DNA of 64,000 bases from Chrysemys picta bellii (taxonomy: Eukaryota): positions 30,504,001-30,568,000 of the forward strand of contig NC_088806.1 in the NCBI RefSeq assembly GCF_011386835.1, in the 5' to 3' direction. The translations under genes were made by a program, and so were the position numbers. The notes under the pieces are model-generated. The model made no database searches, had not been told where the DNA came from, and saw only the letters and a program-made list of their open reading frames with translations. Shown in pieces: positions 60,086-64,000 of the stretch. How positions within the stretch are numbered: position 1 is the stretch's first letter; each line of letters starts with the position of its first letter.

Positions 60086-61227
60086 CAGTTTTAGCATGCA
60101 GCTTTAGCAGTAGCCGTGCATGCTGCATTCGCCAAACACATTACAAATGAAGCTACTTGCAGCCCCAGTGATAAAATGTTTATGTTGTGTTGCTTGTAGT
60201 TCAGTCACAATGAAGTCTAATCAATAATGATTCAGCCATACTGTCCACTGGAGATCTCTATTCTCTCTGGCAGCGCAATTTTTCACTGAAAATTAATTTT
60301 CCTTTAGTTAAACATGTGCCCTTTAATGTTGCAACTACAAGGTGGGTGATCTGCTCTTAGAGGCTGAGTACAGTACCATGCTGTGCATTCGCAATCAGAG
60401 GATTTGTGTGCACACACAAGTATATCAAGACGGCTGGTCTGAGGCAGGCACAGTGCCGGCAGGAACTGGGAAAGCTTCCCCCTCCACAACTCTGCCAATC
60501 CATTTTGATCCTGCACTAAAGCAGCCCCTGCTGGGCTGATTCCTACCCACACACAGACCTGCAGTCCAGCCCAGGCTGTCCCTCCTCCGGTGCACCTTCC
60601 ACCTCTCCCAGCCCTGACCTGCAGCTGCTCTGCGGTTCCTGAGGTTCTCTCCTAAATTCCGACAGTGCTCCTGAGTCTGGGTTTGCAGCACCCGCTGCTA
60701 TTCCAGGCTGAAACCTCCGATATGCAGTCACTGTGCATTATGCCGAGCAAGGAGAGGTTTCGGAAAAATGGGGAACTCTGCTGAGCTCAGCAAACCTCCC
60801 TCAATTGGAATCTAAGTCAGGGTTTGGACCCAGGTCTCCAGAAGTGACAGACTACATCGTTCAGGGATTGCGTTGCTAAAATCAGCCCGACCAAAAAGCA
60901 GAAATTAAATTCCACTTTTCCTCCTGGAGAACAAAGCAATCTGAAACCACCTGCCCTAGGCCCCCTTTTTAGGCAGATCTGTTGATGGGACCTGCCTAGC
61001 ACAAGTGACTATGAAAGAGCCCTTAGCCTGAGAGCAGCTAAACTCCCCAAAGTCTAAAGCGAAGGGAAACATTTGCACTGATGTGAAGGGGCTTTGGTAA
61101 CATGCCTTCCCACAGCACACAGGTAAAAACGGATGCTGCTTTCCTGGAAACTGAAGCAGTTATGTAAAGCTAGTGACCTGTATAAAACCCTCCCCCATGT
61201 TCCCGAATGACAGAGGCTAGGGAATTG

Positions 61228-61248
61228 CATCATCATCATCATCATCAT
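61228..61248. repeat. (CAT)7 microsatellite
   Basis: Seven perfect CAT units. Confidence 0.9.
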
Positions 61249-61995
61249 CTGAAGAGCCAGGACCACAGCGAAATTATCTATCCACCTATGCTACAATGGC
61301 AAAGAATCATGAAGCAACAGACTAGAAAAAGCAACATGCTTCTCCACCTCAGTTGTACTCCCTACAGCACCATTTCAGCATGGTCGCACAAGGACACTGA
61401 GAGCCTCACCAGCACCCGAGCATTACCTAAGGCACATGTAAGTTACAGGAGATGCTGAACACTTCACTTTACATCCCCTCCTTAAGTCAAACAGTTTTCT
61501 ATGCTGCTCTTATGCCCCTAAGGCAACTGTCCTGACCTCTGCCGTGTCTAGCGCATTCTAGTGGAACTAAACGGAGAACAATTAGTGGGGTTTTTTAAGA
61601 ATGTCCTCCCCCGTTCTGGCTAGCTGTGTGAGTCTAGCATTCCCTTTCCCTGCCCCTTACACTAAACCCAGGTGGCCCAAGAACTGCCCAAGATTTAACT
61701 AACTGTGATTAAGGCTGCAGCCTTCTGAAAGGGTAAGCCTGCTTCATTTCCAACCAATTTGTCAGCTCTCTCTTGTTCACAGATAGGGCTGAATGGATGT
61801 TTGTCTCTCAATGCCCATAACACAGCTCAGAACTGCAGGATTAATGTCCAAGGTAAGGTGACTCGCTTTACCTGCTTCTCTGGAGGTATGTGTCTATGGG
61901 GGGTTCATTTAGTGTTATTTTGAAGTCTCTCTCCACATTAGGGGCCAGATTCTGGCCCCGTAGTTGTGATGAGCAGCCCATGAAGTTATCACTCA

Positions 61996-62286
61996 AGAGC
62001 CTGTCTAGACAGGGAGGCTGCTGTGCAATAAACCAGGGTGTGAATAAGTGTCCACACAGGGAGCTTATTCCACACCAACTCCCCGTGTAGACACTCTTAT
62101 ACCACACTAAGAGTGCCTTTGTGTGGGTCAGCTTAATCCAGTTCCTAAATGGACTAACCTAACCTGCTCAAAGGCAGGCAGTGCAGAGTAAGGGTGGCCA
62201 CATGGGAGCAGATGTAGAAAAGCTACCGAGCTTTAAATTCACACCTTCGTTTATTCAAAAATAGCTTCCCCGTGTAGACAAATCCT
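61996..62286. mobile_element. GTCTACAC/GTGTAGAC-type non-autonomous DNA transposon (possibly PIF/Harbinger)
   Basis: Ends agagcctgtctagacaggga and ccccgtgtagacaaatcct are imperfect inverted repeats; internal ccccgtgtagacac copy; no clear TSD. Confidence 0.55.
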
Positions 62287-64000
62287 CAATGTAGGAGGGC
62301 AAAACGTGGCTCCCAGTGGCACAGCTACCATGCCAAGAAGGGATTACTCCTTCTTTGTTATAGGAAGGTTTGTGAGTGAAGATCACTTTGCTAGTGATAC
62401 AAAAGTTTGGGAGAGTTTCCCAGCTGCAACATGGATCTGATCATTAGTTCCAAACTTCTGCTATCGATTAGTTGGGGACTCTGGTGGAAATAAAATTCAG
62501 TATCAGCCAATCTAAAATACAAGGTACAAGAAAGGAAGCATGCGCATGTGCACACGCAGTTAAGTGTCAAATTAAAAACTGGGGTCAACTTGTGAAAGGC
62601 AGAGAGATTAGAGCTGAGTATACTGTAGACAAGCATGGTACAAGCTGCCTACAATTTAGCACAAACATATCTGGCCTAATCTCCTCCACAACTCTGACTG
62701 TGCAGTCCAGGCTTCCGCGTAAGCAGCAACTGCCAATGGTGTCAAACTATACAGGGAAGATTGAGATAAGCAAATATGTACACAGGAGTAGGACAAGGCC
62801 TCTCAACTCATCTTTTGACCCCAGATTCCCCAAGATGAGAGCCTGGTGAAGTAACTCACCCACTTGGCTTTCAAAGTATTTTGTGCATACAGATAAGAGA
62901 AGGATTCAGGGTGTGCAGGAAGTATGCATGTCTTTCCCTTTGTCTCTCCCCAATGTGTATCCAAATGACTTCTCTGGTACTTGAAAAGCAACCAGTGTAT
63001 TTGAGATAATTAGTCATGAATGTGAACTAGCATGCCCTGCCAAGGTGAAAACACTGATGGAAACAGCATAGCACTTCAGTATTTTTATGTCCTGTCTAGT
63101 ACCGTGGGAAGATCAGGAGTGACCTCAAGATGACATGCATTAAAAACAAAATACTTAAAATGCACTCAGAGCAACTAACATTAAGAATTTACGGCAGACA
63201 GAACTGTGGTAATCTGCAAACCAGTCTCCTGAGGGCGTCTTTGAGAAGGAACATTCAACCCTAAATTAACACACTAAACGCCACAGCTTTATTAAGGAAG
63301 CACTGCTTATTAATAATGAAAGCTCATGTCTAAGTCATCTGTGTACTGTACAAGTGTCATTTACAGGACGCATGTATGCGAAAGGCTCACTTAGACACTA
63401 TCTTGCAGACTTGCTAAGACAACAAGCCGCTCTGGACATATTCCAGCAGACGCACGACACTCCCCCAGCTTTCACGATGCCAGGGATATTTCAGCTCTTG
63501 AGAACCAGGTCACTAGTGGTCACTGAAATGCAGTGAGAAAGAGAACCAGATGAGGCCAGTCCTGAGACAGATGGGAGTTATGCACAAGAATGTGCTGCCC
63601 TAGCAGCAGTCCTTGAAGAAGGCTGCACAGAGCACTGTCCCTAGCTGCAAGCAGGATACTGTAGTTTCACACAGCTAATGTGTATGTGTGGAGAGAAAGG
63701 TGGGGGGGGGGGGGGGGAGGAGGAGAAGGAAAGAAAACACTTATCTGCAAACTCCTGCTCAGCGCTTCAGTCCCATCTACCTAGTGAAGAAATGGATTTT
63801 TCAAAAATCCCTGCAGCCTCCCACCGCTTGGCAAAGGAAGTGGAGATCAATTTACAGATATCTCCCGGTTCCCAATAGCTATATTGGCATGTACATAAAG
63901 TCAGCAACATATTTAAGTAGATCTAACTGACTTTTAAAGGTAAAATGTTTGAGCACAGAGAGACTGGAGCCCTTTTACACATTCACAGGTGAGGCTCTTC

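Noticed and set aside
60304-60552. DILVCAH peptide as the missing SIK3 kinase exon (YVLVCGALPF)
   Set aside because: Superficial; none of SLGVV, LPFDG or KFRIPF is present. That exon is presumably off-window.

Overview
Vertebrate genomic DNA, most likely a turtle (inferred from CR1 with 8-bp CATAGAAT tail repeats, turtle-type Penelope ends, MIR-like SINEs and hAT MITEs). It carries the apolipoprotein cluster in the human order and orientation: APOA5 (-, last exon off-window left), APOA4 (-, 367 aa), APOC3 (+, 94 aa), APOA1 (-, 262 aa). These are followed by the 3' part of SIK3 (-, 18 coding exons plus one all-UTR exon; most kinase exons off-window right). I built all exon chains by hand from splice sites and phase. 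Most ORF-track entries are noise or antisense shadows. I found no convincing new protein system. Best leads: (1) the same CCACGTTG + CACGTCA (CREBH-type) pair upstream of the TATA box in both APOA5 and APOA4; (2) an apparent 5'-UTR intron in APOA4, which mammals lack; (3) a TSD-flanked Penelope remnant in a SIK3 intron containing a minimal hammerhead ribozyme fold; (4) a GC-AG intron in SIK3 with a competing in-frame GT donor; (5) near-verbatim human APOC3 C3P and APOA1 site C elements. Motif matches to mammalian elements are from memory and need alignment.
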